Below, piece by piece: positions 43,789-57,039 of a stretch of DNA of 64,000 nt (the first letter of the stretch is position 1; every line of letters starts with the position of its first letter). This stretch comes from Hyphochytrium catenoides. Lineage: Eukaryota > Protista > Hyphochytriomycota. Below the pieces are notes generated by a model. It had not been told where the DNA came from. It did not search any database and saw only the letters and a list, made by a program, of their open reading frames with translations. Made by a program: the position numbers and the translations under genes. The stretch covers positions 1 to 64,000 of the forward strand of contig FLMG01002416.1 in the NCBI GenBank assembly GCA_900088475.1, in the 5' to 3' direction.

Positions 43789-46700
43789 TTATAAGCTCAA
43801 AGCTCTGCTGCGGATCTTCACAATGTCAACCCTCGTCTCTTGATTCAGCGCTGTCTTTTCTTGTAGTCGTTCTGCCCAGGGACTCTTGTACCATTTGCTT
43901 GTCCTTCTGAGAAGTGTAATTTTGGGCAGTGCTTGTTCTGGCTTCATCCTTCGTACCCCACCCTCCTACAGTGTGCAGTAAGTACAGACCTCACAAGGTC
44001 TTGTTTCGACACACTTCAGTCTAGATAGGAACGACAAGATCATATCTCGCTCTGAGGTCTGATGAGAGGGAAAGAGGATCAAGGGATGCCTCTGTCTCAA
44101 GGTATCTACGTGGTGCTGTGCTATGTGGAGAAATAAGGGCTCTGCGTACTCTGGTATAGTGAGGGTTCTCCCTACTGTAGACAAGGTATTTCTTTACGAC
44201 AGGGAAAACCCCATCGCTTCTGACCTGGGGACAGTCGGCGGGTGTACTTTCTAAAAGAATGAGCAAAGAAGGGTGTCACGTGTTTCGAGGGATGTCGCAC
44301 ACCCCCCTAACCTTGGCCCGCCTTGGTTGTGACATTTACCTTCACTTCACTGTTACAAGTATAGACTCATTATATCGGAGTACCTCTATCTCTTCTCTCA
44401 TTCTGTGTCACACTCTCTGTACCAGAGAGTCCGAGATCACTGTCTGCAAGCCCCAGATCTTCCCCATGACATTTCTTGATTTATCGAGCCATTGCTTGTT
44501 CAAGAGTGGTGACTAGCTACTAATAATAGTACAAGTAGAACTTTACGGAGGAGGAGGTAGTAAACTGCCCACCATTTGATGAGGAACAGGAAGAAGATAT
44601 AAAGAAGAAGAAGAAGAGCAACAACAAGGCAGCAGCAGAAGTTCATCCCCCCAGTCATCACCACCTACCTAGTACAGGTAGAGCAGGCAGGCCAGGGGAG
44701 GCTGTTGACAGGAAGAAAGCGGTTGCGAGGGCGCGATTATTCAACCCTTTCTTCCTCATCACCAAGGTTGTGAGAAGAGAAGAAGATCTTGATGATTCAC
44801 CTCCTCTCGAACAGCAACAAGAAGAAAAATAGTAGTAGTAATAGCAGCAGGGACGGCGGCGGCATATACTTGTTGAGGAGAAGTAAGGAGGAGAAGGAAG
44901 GGAGGAAGAAAGAAAAGAGAGAGCGAGGAGGAGAAGAGCAGATTGAGGAGCGGCGACGAAGAAGGCGCCTTCTCCTTTAGTAGAGCCAAAGACGCCTGAC
45001 CGATGATGAATGCCGAAAGAAGTGTACCTCGCTTTATAACGTTACACAGTTGTTGTTATTGGCCCTCTCTCTATCTCTATATCCTAGAATAGAGGAGCAT
45101 CCAATTGCCGATCAACTTATTATTATTAGCGCTTCCATGTTGCTTGTTATTATTTTTTTTTCTTAATCAGAGTCCTCTCTTCGCCGCTCTTTATTATCAT
45201 CATGCTGCTGCTGCTGTCAAGAAGACTTGCTTCTTCAGTCGACAATGGCTTTCGCCCTTTTCAAGACGCGCGTAGCTCGCCGCTGACATCCATTTTGCTG
45301 CTTCTTAGTTGTTCTTACGACAAAGCTCCTCCTTTGAGAGTGCAGAAGAATAAATGCTTCCTTTGTCTAAATCGGCTTGCCAAACCACCGTCGTAATGAA
45401 GGCTAGGGGGCTGCATAAGCAGCTCAGTACACAATCCCATCGTCCTCATCTTTGTCTTATTTAGCCACGCAAATCCGCGCTCGTCGGCGGTACGAACAGA
45501 AGAGACGGAAGAAGAAGTGGTGTCGGCGGTCTAAAGATTTCACATTCTTGGTGGCCATAATGTGCCACTATACTGGCTGGCTTCAAAATCCTTCAGTCTT
45601 TATTAGTAAAGAGCGAGTGCACCGAAGAGTCAAAGGCCTTTATAGTGATAATAGTCTTTCCAGTAGCCGATGATGGCCACGGACTAGAAAAGCTATAAGT
45701 AGCGATGTAATGATGTGGACGACTCACCGCCCGCTCGCCGATAACATTAAAGCAATGGATACACTCAAGATTGGCTTGCGACAAGAAGGCAAGACTACTC
45801 GTACTTGTAAGATAGTGGTTGCTTCAGCAGGCAGGAAAGCGTGTGCAAGGAAGAAAGCGGCCTCAAAGAATCAAGTCCCTCGAAAGAAGAAGTGGACATT
45901 ATCTTCAACATTTTCGAGTCGAAGCTCTGTTTCGTGACCTTTCACATGATGGTCTTATTATAACACTCTCCCCTCCCCCCCATCACACGTCGTTAGAAAC
46001 ACGACAAGCAGCCTTCTACATAAACGTGCCAACAAAAGAGAGAAGGGAACTCTATGAAGCTGCGATCTCACCCTAGTAATAATGCCGCAAATGTAAACGT
46101 TGTTCAGATCTCCTGTTCGAGTATCTGTAACCTTTTTCCAGCTTTACGTATTTATTAGCCGTTTGACAGAAGGGTTCAAAGCCCCTTTGTACGCTTGTGG
46201 AACAGCGACGACGACGATCTGACTAGATCTCCGCCAGCTGGCAAGGCGGAATGCTAACTAAATACTAGGCTGGAAGAACAACTACGGAGCAGTACTTTTC
46301 TTCGTGTTATTTGCTTCACCCAAGCTTTATTGAAGGGAACCAGAAGCTGGTATGAGAAGAAGAAACACTGAAGGAACGCAAGCTTAGTAACGTCTGTCAG
46401 CGTTCAAGCGAACTACAGTACGAGTAATAAAGCTTCCCATTGGTTTATAGAATGGATCAAACGTCTGACACACCCGACACCATCCCGCGCACCATCAGCA
46501 TGGAGGCGAGGTCAATGCCCACCCACTTCCAGGAGAAACGCCACCCACTCCCGACACCTTGATATATTACAGCATTAGAAACTTGGAGCGGAGGAAGAAC
46601 TTTCGTCAAGAAAAAGTGAGGGGAAATGGAAAGAAGATCTTGAGTGGTTCTGTTGGTCCTAGGTTGGTCCTACTGTTCCCTAGAGTTTGGCTTTAGAGTT

Positions 46701-49346
46701 TAGAGAACTTTGCTGCAGGGGTGTACCTTCACCTTCTTGCATTGGCTGATAGGCGCAACAGCGAGAGCGCTGTAAAGGATTAAGAAGAGCAGCCTCAATT
46801 GGTCTGTAGAGTCAAGTGGAGAATACTACAGACAAGGTCCAAATAAAACGAGCTAAGTAAGGGCTGAAGGACACAACTATCTTTGGTGGATCCTTACAGC
46901 TTCTCTCCAAGATCATGAGTTACCTCTTTGGTCTCTCTTGCTCTTTTATTGGCCTTTTGGCCCCCTATCATGGCTTTGTCAACACTCATCACCGCTCATT
47001 TGGTGTCGCTGTCAGTCCGACCGTAAACGTGGTTGAGTAGCAACTTGAACCAGCCCACATCCATCTATCGGCTTTTTCTTTATAAGTTAAATCCTTATGA
47101 GGGTTCGCTCTTACGCCTTCCTGATCAAGATGTTGGCACAATCGCCAACTGGAACTATGGCCGAACTGTGAGGGGTAACAAAGCAGAAATTTGGTGACCC
47201 CAAGAAGGTTCCATCAAGACGCCCAAAACCCAAGCTGTATAAAAGGAAAGCAGTCGTCTCCACAAACACTCAGTCCAAAAGCCTTAAGAGAAACTTGTTG
47301 GCGAGCTACGAGTACTAGTACTGCAGACTTCTCAAGTGTGAAAGGAGCGCCAAATGCACTTACACTCTTTCCTGGATCTACACTAAATGTTCTACACTGT
47401 AGGCCTTGTAGCCGGAACAAACAGCAGCAAGAGGCACAGTGGTATTATTGTATTGGCAAGCCTTGCTGCTACACTTGACTGAGAAACAACAGAAACCGTC
47501 CTGTAGAGCCAGCGGGCAAGGTTGACTGAAAGTATGATGCAGCCCCTCTGGGCTCCCCAGTACGTAGTCATGAACTCTACCTGACTACTTCCCTTTCCCT
47601 CAACACGGCAAGGGGCCTTCTGTGCAAGCCTGTCTATGATAGACTTGTATCTCTTCGTACAGTGGATGCTGCTTTGACCTCTCTTGAGGGCTTTATCCAT
47701 GTAGAGCCGTTATTCTACCTTTCTCCTCAAAAAACATTAGGAGAGACGGAACTGGGGACAGACATAGAAGTGGAGGAGACTTTACCTAATTTCCTGAGAA
47801 TAATCCTCATTTATTTTGCTCCCAGCCAGGAAACGACGTTGCCTTGCACTCAAGGTTTATTAGACGGGGAAGCGGCAGACCTCAGAAATAAGCACCGAAA
47901 CAGGTAGAGCCATCCGCCTCATCAGCATCCTACAGACAGAAGTACACTTACTTCCGGCTCTCTGGATCTTTATGGTGCCTAGGAGCTGAGGGTGGACATC
48001 AGAACTGGCTGCACGGAGACAAGACCCATAATTGTCGTCTATGCTGATAATAATGGTGGCATTATGATTTACTCATGGCTACCTATTGAGGACTAGGAGG
48101 CAAGTAGCCATCAAATGTCGCCGGCGGCATCGCTTCGCAGTCTTCTGAAAACACCGAAGCAGATAGATGGACTTCCAGCTTGAGTTCCAATGACGGGGAG
48201 GACGAAGAACACTCTTCTCTCCCTAAAAGATAGCATATTCCTATAGTTCTATGCTACGAACTGATGAGCAAAGAAATTTTAGAGGAATAGATACAGCAGA
48301 GGTACTGATGAGACAAGCAAAAGGGATGGAACGAGGGGTTTTTCCACGGACATCTGTCCTCATAGGTTGTAGAACTACTTCTATGAATCCACCCCTCAAA
48401 AAAGCATACATCAAGATACAAGCTCCACGCAAGAAGGGAAGGTAAATAAAAGTGTGTGTTGCCTCCTCTGCGCTGTTGCCCACAGTGTACAGTTCACTTG
48501 TGCGTCGTCGTAGCCAGATAAACAGCATTTGTTGGGCCTCTTCTGTCAACCGCGCAGCAACACGCACTGATAAAACTCGCCAGTTCAAGCGAGCCCTAAT
48601 GCTGTGTGGCCGTCCTCTCCTGACAGAAGTAGGGTAGACAGTCTGAGTGAGGTAGACAGACAGAGGAAGCGTCAAGCACCTACTCCTCGCACAGTGGCGC
48701 TGTGGGAGCTGGAGGAAGAAGTATCCACATGGTCATTCCACCCCACACTTCCCCTCACCACCTTCTCTGCTCTCTTTCGCTGTCTTCGAGGGGCAACATG
48801 CAGGGTGACCTCAACTCTTAGTCAGTGTGTGGTACAGATAAATTGGCTATTGCAAAGCTCTGTAGAGATGCTTTCCCTGTTCAGATCAGGAAACGAGCAG
48901 CCTTGAGACAGGAGCCTCGTGTGCGTTGTAGTTGTTACAAGCCTCACGTTCGGTTCTCATCTTCTCTTTCTGTCAGAGATAATAATGAACGCCTACAAAC
49001 GTTTCCTCGTCTGACCGTAGTGAGACATCTCAGTCCTCCCAGCCATGATAGTAAGACCAAAATAACATGCCTCAACAATAGAGTAAGCCTATAATGAACC
49101 CCGGCGGGCGAGGAGTAGTAATACTGAGGTGCGGCGTGCCTCCCCAGTTTAGGTGCATCATGCTGCCTCTCCCGTCCTATCTATCTTAACAGCGGGTAGG
49201 AGTTATTCCAGAGAGAGACAGAGGCAGAAGGACGAGAAAAGACTCCCGCCATCTCTGGTTCTTTCCTCTTGTTTTCCGCCTTCCAAGCCTCGCTTCCTGT
49301 TCTGACATCGATAGAACTACTGACCCTGCTGTCTCCTCTCTCAGAG

Positions 49347-49381
<35 letters not shown>

Positions 49382-49597
49382 CTTTCACTCCCACCTGTCT
49401 TGTCGCTTGAGTTCCACGACTCTCATCTCCTTTCTCCGTAGTTCTACCAGCTAGCAATGAGGCAGCCCCAACGAGCAACACACATGGTTCAACCTGGTAT
49501 GGTCTCCCAAGTACCCGCCCAAGTCTCGCTAGTCTTCATTTTTCACGCCAGCAAGCAGACCAACGTGTAAGTCTCAACGTTGAGTTCTCGAGTCAAC

Positions 49598-50158
49598 ATG
49601 CCGATCGCACTCTCCCAACCTCAAGCGCTTTCCTGCTGGACCGATAACACTACCGGAGCCCTCCGAAGGTGTTCTGACGACGCCACCCAGACTTCTCTCT
49701 TTGTGGAGAAGCCGAAATCTCAGGGAGCAGATCTGGAAAGCGTCTTCCTTCAACTAAGAGACGGGCTGAATCGCCGCTATGGCTTCAAGAAGACCTATAT
49801 TGGTTCTCAAATTATGAGCTCTCTGAGAGACTTGGGCCTGGTCCACAGTCGACCGATGGCAGCACAAACGCTAAAGCAGTTCGTAACCAACGGGTTGATC
49901 AAGCAGATTGATGGCAGCAGCTCCTCTCAGGGCTCTTCTTGCGGCTTCTACATTCTTACTGAGGCTTCTGAATCGGAGAACCTCAACAATAATGAGGTCT
50001 TTATGGATCGACGAAGCCGGACATCCCAGTGTAATAACTGTAATAAGAAGTACTTGGTAATGCTCTCACCGCACCAAGGCTTCTGCGGCGTCGACTGTCG
50101 GACGAACGCTGCTATCAGAAAGGCTGATGCACAACGGTTCCAGTCTATCTACGGCTGA
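49598..50158 (+). CDS. Small protein with DEP-like domain and FCS/FLZ-type zinc finger (single exon)
   Basis: ATG at 49598. DEP-like segment KKTYIGSQIMSSLRDLGLVHSRPMAAQTLKQFVTNGLIKQI..FYIL; C-terminal CNNC-x12-FCGVDCR. Confidence 0.65.
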   Translation: MPIALSQPQALSCWTDNTTGALRRCSDDATQTSLFVEKPKSQGADLESVFLQLRDGLNRRYGFKKTYIGSQIMSSLRDLGLVHSRPMAAQTLKQFVTNGLIKQIDGSSSSQGSSCGFYILTEASESENLNNNEVFMDRRSRTSQCNNCNKKYLVMLSPHQGFCGVDCRTNAAIRKADAQRFQSIYG

Positions 50159-50579
50159 GCAGGCAATTCGAATCTTCCCTCGAGGCACCGCAACCAACTC
50201 GCTACATTTACGACTCTTGTTCCTCTCTCCCCGGACTCCACCCATAGATGGGAGTTGGGGTGGCAGTGAGTATTTATTATTCATTTCCAAAAGCAGGGAG
50301 AAGTGCTCTCCCCATAATTTATTCATCGTTGTTTGTCTTGGAAGAGGCAGCTGCCCCCTGTTCCGCTCGGTGGCCGACTGCCAGAGATGTTCTATCCTAC
50401 TGCCCGCGTTGTCGCTAATGAGGTTGTTCCCGGCCTTTTTTTTAAAAAAGTTCTTTTAGCATGTACTCTACAAACAGTCCGCTATTAAAGTAATGTATCA
50501 TTGCTCATTCTGCCTTCTCAGCCGACGGCCATGATGAGGTCCATTTGAAGGATAGTAGAGTTCTACAACGACATTTGAA

Positions 50580-51428
50580 TCACTTATCACCGCATAAGTT
50601 AATGACTCCCACAGATAACGGATATGCTACCAGCGGACTGTCGACAGGGAGCAAGAAAGTATGATCCTGGGTTTCACGTTCCTCGCTGAATACGAACTGG
50701 TAGGCTGATAAGTGTTGGAAGAATGTCTTGGTGCTAAAATCTACGATTGCTTTGATAGTCTCGAGGCTATTAAACACCTTGAAGTTGTGGGGAGGCTCTT
50801 CCACGCTGTGTAAGAGAATACAAGACCGAAAAATGTTGTAGACCTCCTCAACTGACATAAGTTGCTGTCCTTCCTTAGCCTTCTCTGATACTGAATCCTG
50901 ACGTGGAAGGTACCAGCAAGAGTTAGGCAACGTTAAGATTGACGCCGATTGTGGTTCCTACCTCCTCTGCTGCATCCACTCGCCAGCGCGTAGCCTTCTC
51001 CAGTAGGTTTGTCATGATGGAAAAGAATGCCGAAGTCTCCTCCTCCGTCAGCTTTAGATCATGCGCAAAGCATAGATTTTGGAGGCTGAAGTCTACGTAA
51101 ATTTTGCTTCTCTCAGATCTATTATAGTGCTCGACTTTCAAAAGTTTGCAAAGGAGGGCGATTGTGTCCTTGGGCTGCACTAGTGAGGACTTAAGAAGTA
51201 TCACATCCTCCTATGTGGCATTGTTAGTCTTTCCTTGTACCAGAGAATAATGGCGTCCATTGCATTGCTTCTCACCTTTGACAGGTCTTGCCACACGAAC
51301 CCTTGCCGCTTAACGTTCTGGCTATTCTCAAGAGAAGAAGAAGGCATTGGGGCTATTGACAGTGGCATGAGTGTAGCTGCTGCCGGGGCCCCTGTGTGAG
51401 CGCCAGCTTTCGCGGCACTGTCAGGCAT
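50580..51428 (-). CDS. CFAP119: Flagellar central-pair C1a-32/CLAMP-domain protein (CFAP119/CCDC189-like), 3 exons
   Basis: FVWQDLS, IYVDFSLQNLCFAHDLKLTEEETSAFFSIM, FRSCILLHSVEEPP and KAIVDFSTKTFFQHLSAYQFVF. Confidence 0.8.
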
Positions 51429-52485
51429 AGTATCCGCTTTGTGGTAACCTGGTCCTGGCTCCTAGCAGTGTTACCAGACTTTATCTGCCTATGTAGGCGA
51501 TCCTTTGGCTTATAGACCCTATGAGTTAGAGGACCATGGACCTCAATGATGAAGAAACTTCGTCTGCACTGGAGGACTGATCTCCGTTGGATCAACCTGT
51601 GGCAGGAGGAGGAGGAGGATGGAGGCTGACGGACAAGGACTAGGAGAAGGAGGAGGAGGAACAGCCGAGGAATACCGCGCCGTTACAGTGTAACAACAAA
51701 AGCCTCCCAGATCTCCCCCGGTAGTCATGAGGAACGGAAGTGGTCTGTACAAGTATCCTTAAGTAGAATATTCTAAGTCCACAGTTCCAGAAAGTCCGCA
51801 CCTTGGCAATGAGCTTCCCCCATGCCCGATGTTGAGATTCTAGAGGCCGGCCCATCGATCCGCCACATCCTTAGAAGCAGATGGGTTGTTATCGCTAACC
51901 TCACTACAGGCCTGAAAGACTGGAAGAGGGATTGAAGCTTCACATTATTAGGAGGTCTCAATGCAGACCGGCATTGCAAGCAAGCTGCTAGCATTCTGTC
52001 TAGACATGGAGCCTTACTCTATTAGGACCGATGTCTCATAGACGGAGTCCTAGATGCGGCAAATCACGTCGGATGTACTCATGGTATGAATAGCTTCCTT
52101 CGCCGAGATGGTATACCACATTACTAGCTTGTGAGGGTGGTAGGCCATGAATCTTTACCTTTTGGAAGGCACAGGCCATCAACTCATAGGACAGTGGGCC
52201 GGGTACGCAGTCTGCCTTTGAGCAAAACAGCACACGCATGATGAGAACAATGGACTAGTCATGGGCTGCATGCAGCGACGCTAGAGGCCGTTGCCGTGCT
52301 TTGGTGGTATCTAATCTTTCTCGAGAATAGCTAATAGGCTGACACCAAGGAGGCAAATGGAAAATGTTACATCAGATAAAACAGTTATTCTTCTCTCACT
52401 GACAGAGGTATATTTGGAACTATGAACAGGGAGGCAAGCGATGCCATTCTCCACACTTAACCGTCTTCACTATTCCCGTCTCGCG

Positions 52486-55400
52486 CTACGCTGGTCCCAC
52501 TGCCAAGTGGGGCCCTGTAAACGAAGGAACGGTCTTCTTGATTNNNNNNNNNNNNNNNNNNNNNNNNNNNNNNTTCAGGAACATTGAAATGTTCTCCATC
52601 TGCTTAAAGGGCATTCTTGACTGGTGGATACTGCAGAAGTTGAGATCGAGTCGATGTCAGACACTGACGAATCCAGATGGAATGCAGACTCTACTAGTAG
52701 GCAAGAAGGCTAACCAGTTCGAGCTCTTAAGCAATAATTACGGGAAAGGATGAGAAGGAAGAAATTCATGCTTTCGTACTTGCTTATTGTCCCTGGCTGA
52801 ATCTTGTTCAGCAGCTTACACAGAAGGACCCCATCTGCCAGGCTATCACCAAATGAAGCCGGAAAGCGCTCTTCAGTGACCTCCTCTATCCACTTCTGGA
52901 CCTGCGCCTCTAAGTCGAAGTCATATCTCGCCAGTGCCTTGTTGAAAAAGAACGGTGAGAGTGCATCTTCCTAACTTTGAGGAGCTGGAAGGCAGAGTCG
53001 GAATGTACCGCAACCACTAAAAGACAAGCCCGACGAACACCTTTATGCACCCGAGGTCACCATGAAGTACCTTCTGCGCTAGCTCCGCGTCAAGGCCAAA
53101 GCCCCCGCCTCTAGCTTTGATAGGGCTCCCTTTCGTTTCTGAGGCTTGGGGCTCTCCACTCCAGCTATTGACATGGCTGGGAGGTGTCACCACTGTCTGA
53201 CCGTGATCATTTTGGGGTCGGCCAGGAGATTCAGCGCTTAGTCCTCCAGGTCCTGGACTCTGGCGATTAGTCCCTGCAGCAGGATTAGGACTTCCAAGCT
53301 TTCCCGCAGAGGCTTCGTAACGGAAGATCGGGCTATTGGTGTAGTCGATAACCGGCCGCTCCATCTTGTTATAGCTCCCTGAGCGCGGGAAACGTTAGAT
53401 TTGACCACTGTGTCAACTTGTTCTATCGACTGACTCGCGTTTGGTCGTACAGCAGGCCACTGACAAGTCCAAGGTATTAGAGAATGGACGAATATGAGGG
53501 CGACAAGCAGGAGGAGATTGGCGATATCGAACCCGAGACCTATATCCTTACCTAAGTGATGCAGAGAGATATCCTTGTTAGGAGACCTTGAAGGGCCCGC
53601 GGCTGCGGCTCCGAAATGGACATCCGTAGACCGGTCAATTGGCAGCCGCTCCATCACTCCATGACTACCTGCAGTTCACGGGCAACGGGGCGGGTTCAAG
53701 CGCAGAAAGCTCAGACGTTGAACAGAAAGGGATGGACTTAAGAAATGACTACTCGGGGCTCTGTCGGAGAATCTACTGGTAGATGATACTCCTTCGCCCA
53801 AAGGGTTAAGACTTACCCATGTTGAGTCGTGAAACTGCAGCGGCAGCTTCTCTCAGTTGCTTCTCAGTAAATTCTCTTCGATTCTTTTCCGTTTCCCTCA
53901 CTCCTAAATGGGGACCCGGCCGGTCCGGGAGCTTTTTTTGGATGGTGCGCCCAAACGCATGCAAACAGCGCACCACAATGGCTGTGCGAAAGTAAGGGAA
54001 TCGTGGTCAGTAGAGGAGGCTGGTGTCATTGATGAAAATAAATAAGGGTTCAGCGGAAGAGAGGATGAAGACTGGGAGGGATATGACACAGATTAATGGA
54101 AGACTCAGGTCGACTGAAGTTCGCCCAAGAGACAAGAGAAGGCAGCAATATATTTCGTAGCTGAGGTTTCGGAAGTGTTTCACCCTTGCTACATACTTAG
54201 GTCCTTCATCTCGAACAAGTCCACAGTTTCAAAGAGGTCATGTTCTGGCACCCCAAACTCTCTGCAAGCCTTCAAGAAAGCGGTGATGTTCTCCATCTGC
54301 TTGAAGGGCATCCAGGAGGACTCAATTCTGGTAGCACATAGGCCAGACAAGCAGAATAATTTGGCAGAAATTAGTTGTTAGAAGGCAGCAGAACAACAAA
54401 GATACCGGGAGGCTGATAAAGCGTCAACTACCACGGTGAATGAATGTGGTGACACATCATGAAAGAGAGCGAGACAGAGAGCGAGAGAGATGAGAGAGAC
54501 AGAGAGGGAAGGAGAAAGAGAGAGAGAGAGAGAGATTGAAGAGAGAGGGAAAAAGAGAAAGAGAGAGAGTGCGAGAGAGAGCGAAAGAGGATTTAGGGAG
54601 AGTCATGGAAAAAGAGGTGCTTCCACCTGGTGATGGTGCCTGGCTGGATTGCGTTGAATAGCCGGCACAGGACAACTCCGCTTTTCAGGTACTCCCCAAA
54701 CGGAGCAGTGAACTTCTCGCCCAATATATCCTCGATCCAGCACTGCGCCTCCTCCTGCATAATGAGCTTATCCTCAAGATTGACGCTTTCTCCGGAGCCG
54801 CGACGAGATGAACTCTCTTCCTTCCCCTCTGTGTCTTTTGGGGCCTCAGCCGGAGGAGTGGAAATAGAAGAGACAGAGCCATTGGGAGAGTTTCGGCCGC
54901 TTGGATTGAGTGAAGGCCGCTTCGTGCTCTGTAGCTGCGGACCTTTATAATCTGGCAGATTCTTCTGCACAGCTCTGCCAAGTGCGTGCAGACAAGTGAC
55001 AACAATGCCTGTCATACAAGAGTATAAAGTTGAAAGCGGGCCGACGTGATGATCAGGAATCCATTGAGTGAGTAACTTTTATAGAAAGTTGATAGAGAGG
55101 TTGCACAACTAAGTGGGGATAAAGATTTGAGCAGGAAACACTAGACTTCTGGCCTAGGGAATGCTGCGTAAAAAGGCCATTGGTGCACAGGTACATTGAG
55201 TACATTTCCCCACGAAGCTCGCTTGTTATTTGTGAAGGAAACCGACGTTGAAGACACAAAAGCATATTCAAGATCCAGAGCAGATGCCGACGAAGTAGCT
55301 AAACCAACCTATGTCCTTCTTCTCGTAAAGATCTACGGTCTCAAATAGCTCGAACTCTGCCACGCCAAGTTGCCTGCAAGCCCTAATGAACGCCGACACG

Positions 55401-55946
55401 TTCTCCATCTGTTTGAAAGGCATTGAGGATTCTGAGGGACGAGGGACCAGACCTGGCTGAATCCTGTCGACCTGTTTGGCAGATCACGGAATCAAGGTTG
55501 TCAGGTGTCAAAAGGAAGTAGCAAATCACCAACCAATAGCCGAGGATATGCCACGCGATTCCGAATAAAAGCTAATCATAGAAACCACTAAAGGCTGCTA
55601 GACGATGTCACTTAAAGGACAGAGGGAGCACGTGACACAATGGAGCACATGCCAGGAAAGCAGAGTCGATGAGAAGAAGGGTACTGCTTACAAATTTGCA
55701 GAGGACGTAGCCACTCTTGAGACTGTCCGCGAAGTTCGTGGGAAGCTATGGTGGTGGGCAATCGAAATCGATGGTATTAGGATCAAAGAAGGAGCAGCTG
55801 GTTTGAGCAGGACTCAGTGGGGCGACTTGACGATTCTAGGCAAGAAACCCTACAACGAAAGACTCCTAGAAGGTGGGACTTACTTTCTCTCCTAACACTG
55901 CCTCAATCCATTCCTGGGCTTGAGCTTCAGCGGTCGGGTCGTACTT
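52486..55946 (-). CDS. Calponin/transgelin-like actin-binding protein with three CH domains; 5' end in or beyond gap
   Basis: Three copies of A/VQxWIE..FxxxLxxGxxLC..IQPG..MPFKQMEN(V/I)xxF. Copies 1 and 2 also show LFETVDL..CLHAxGR..GP; this part of copy 3 falls in the gap at 52544-52573. Ends IKKTVPSFTGPHLAVGPA*. A second gap lies at 55947-56047. Confidence 0.88.
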
Positions 55947-57039
55947 NNNNNNNNNNNNNNNNNNNNNNNNNNNNNNNNNNNNNNNNNNNNNNNNNNNNNN
56001 NNNNNNNNNNNNNNNNNNNNNNNNNNNNNNNNNNNNNNNNNNNNNNNGCTCCAACAATCGTTCTTGGAGAAGAATCTCAAACGCTAAGTCCAAGTGAGGG
56101 CCACAGCTCAAGGTTCTCTTCCAGATCACCTATTCCTATTCCCGCTCTGCTAACTTCACGTGATCCCTTGACAACGTTAGTACTGGCAACTCGTCTCCCT
56201 TCTCTGCTGGGGCATGCAGGTCGTGCGTCGTGACCTCTGCCCAAGGTAACAGTCGTCAACACTTCCCTGCTTCTCTTTGTTCCATCCTGTGCACTTTCCT
56301 CTCCCTACATCTCCCCGTTCCCACGCTTTGCACGTGTCCTCCCTTCCTCTGTGTAAGGGTTAGAAGACCTCTTCCCACTCTTCTGGGCTCACTTTCCTGA
56401 TCCTCACAGGCTCACTTCGCGGCTTGGCCGAGCAGTTCTAGAGATGAAGACCAGAGTCCGGCCGTCATCAGAACCGCTACCTCTAGTAATACGCGGGATG
56501 CCGATTCACTTGAACTTCATCAAGCACAGAGTTATTACCTCAGAGCGGCGCTTCTGGCCGTAGTAATACCTACATCTCTAGGAGGAAGAGCAGGGACAGA
56601 AGCGGGCACCAGAAGCGACATTGAGGTGAATCATGCTCCTTTCTGATAACCGACGCCTGACATATATGATTATCGCAACAGCTGGTAGTTTCCTTATTGC
56701 AATTAGATCATTGAGGAATCCCCTCATCGATAACTAGAGTGAGCTGTTTCACATCATGAAGAAGGTCAGGAGTCGAGAGGTCGATCATCATCAGCGTCCA
56801 CATCGAGCTCTGGAGGGCAAGCAGCGAAGGCACAGCGGAGGCGCAGCGACCAGGGACTAGAGATCAGAGACCAGCCACCAGCCCTGGCCGCCCCTGTTTA
56901 GATTCGAGACAGAGATCTAGAGGCTGTCGACATCTTATGCTAGCTGGAACAATACAGCTATAACCCTCTCGCAGTTGGATGCTCCTACGCGGCGATAGTC
57001 CTGACCATAAGCTGGTGCACTCCTCACGTACAACTTGCA

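Noticed and set aside
43789-44184. Two short ORFs (72 aa and 58 aa) in the same frame directly upstream of E3 copy B, suggesting readthrough or a decayed extension
   Set aside because: Joining them needs a 24-nt intron, much shorter than the others here, plus readthrough of TAA. There is no recognisable motif, and the pattern is compatible with chance.
51540-52300. Short minus-strand ORFs between CFAP119 and the calponin-like gene
   Set aside because: No recognisable motif or consistent splice pattern; probably UTR or promoter sequence.
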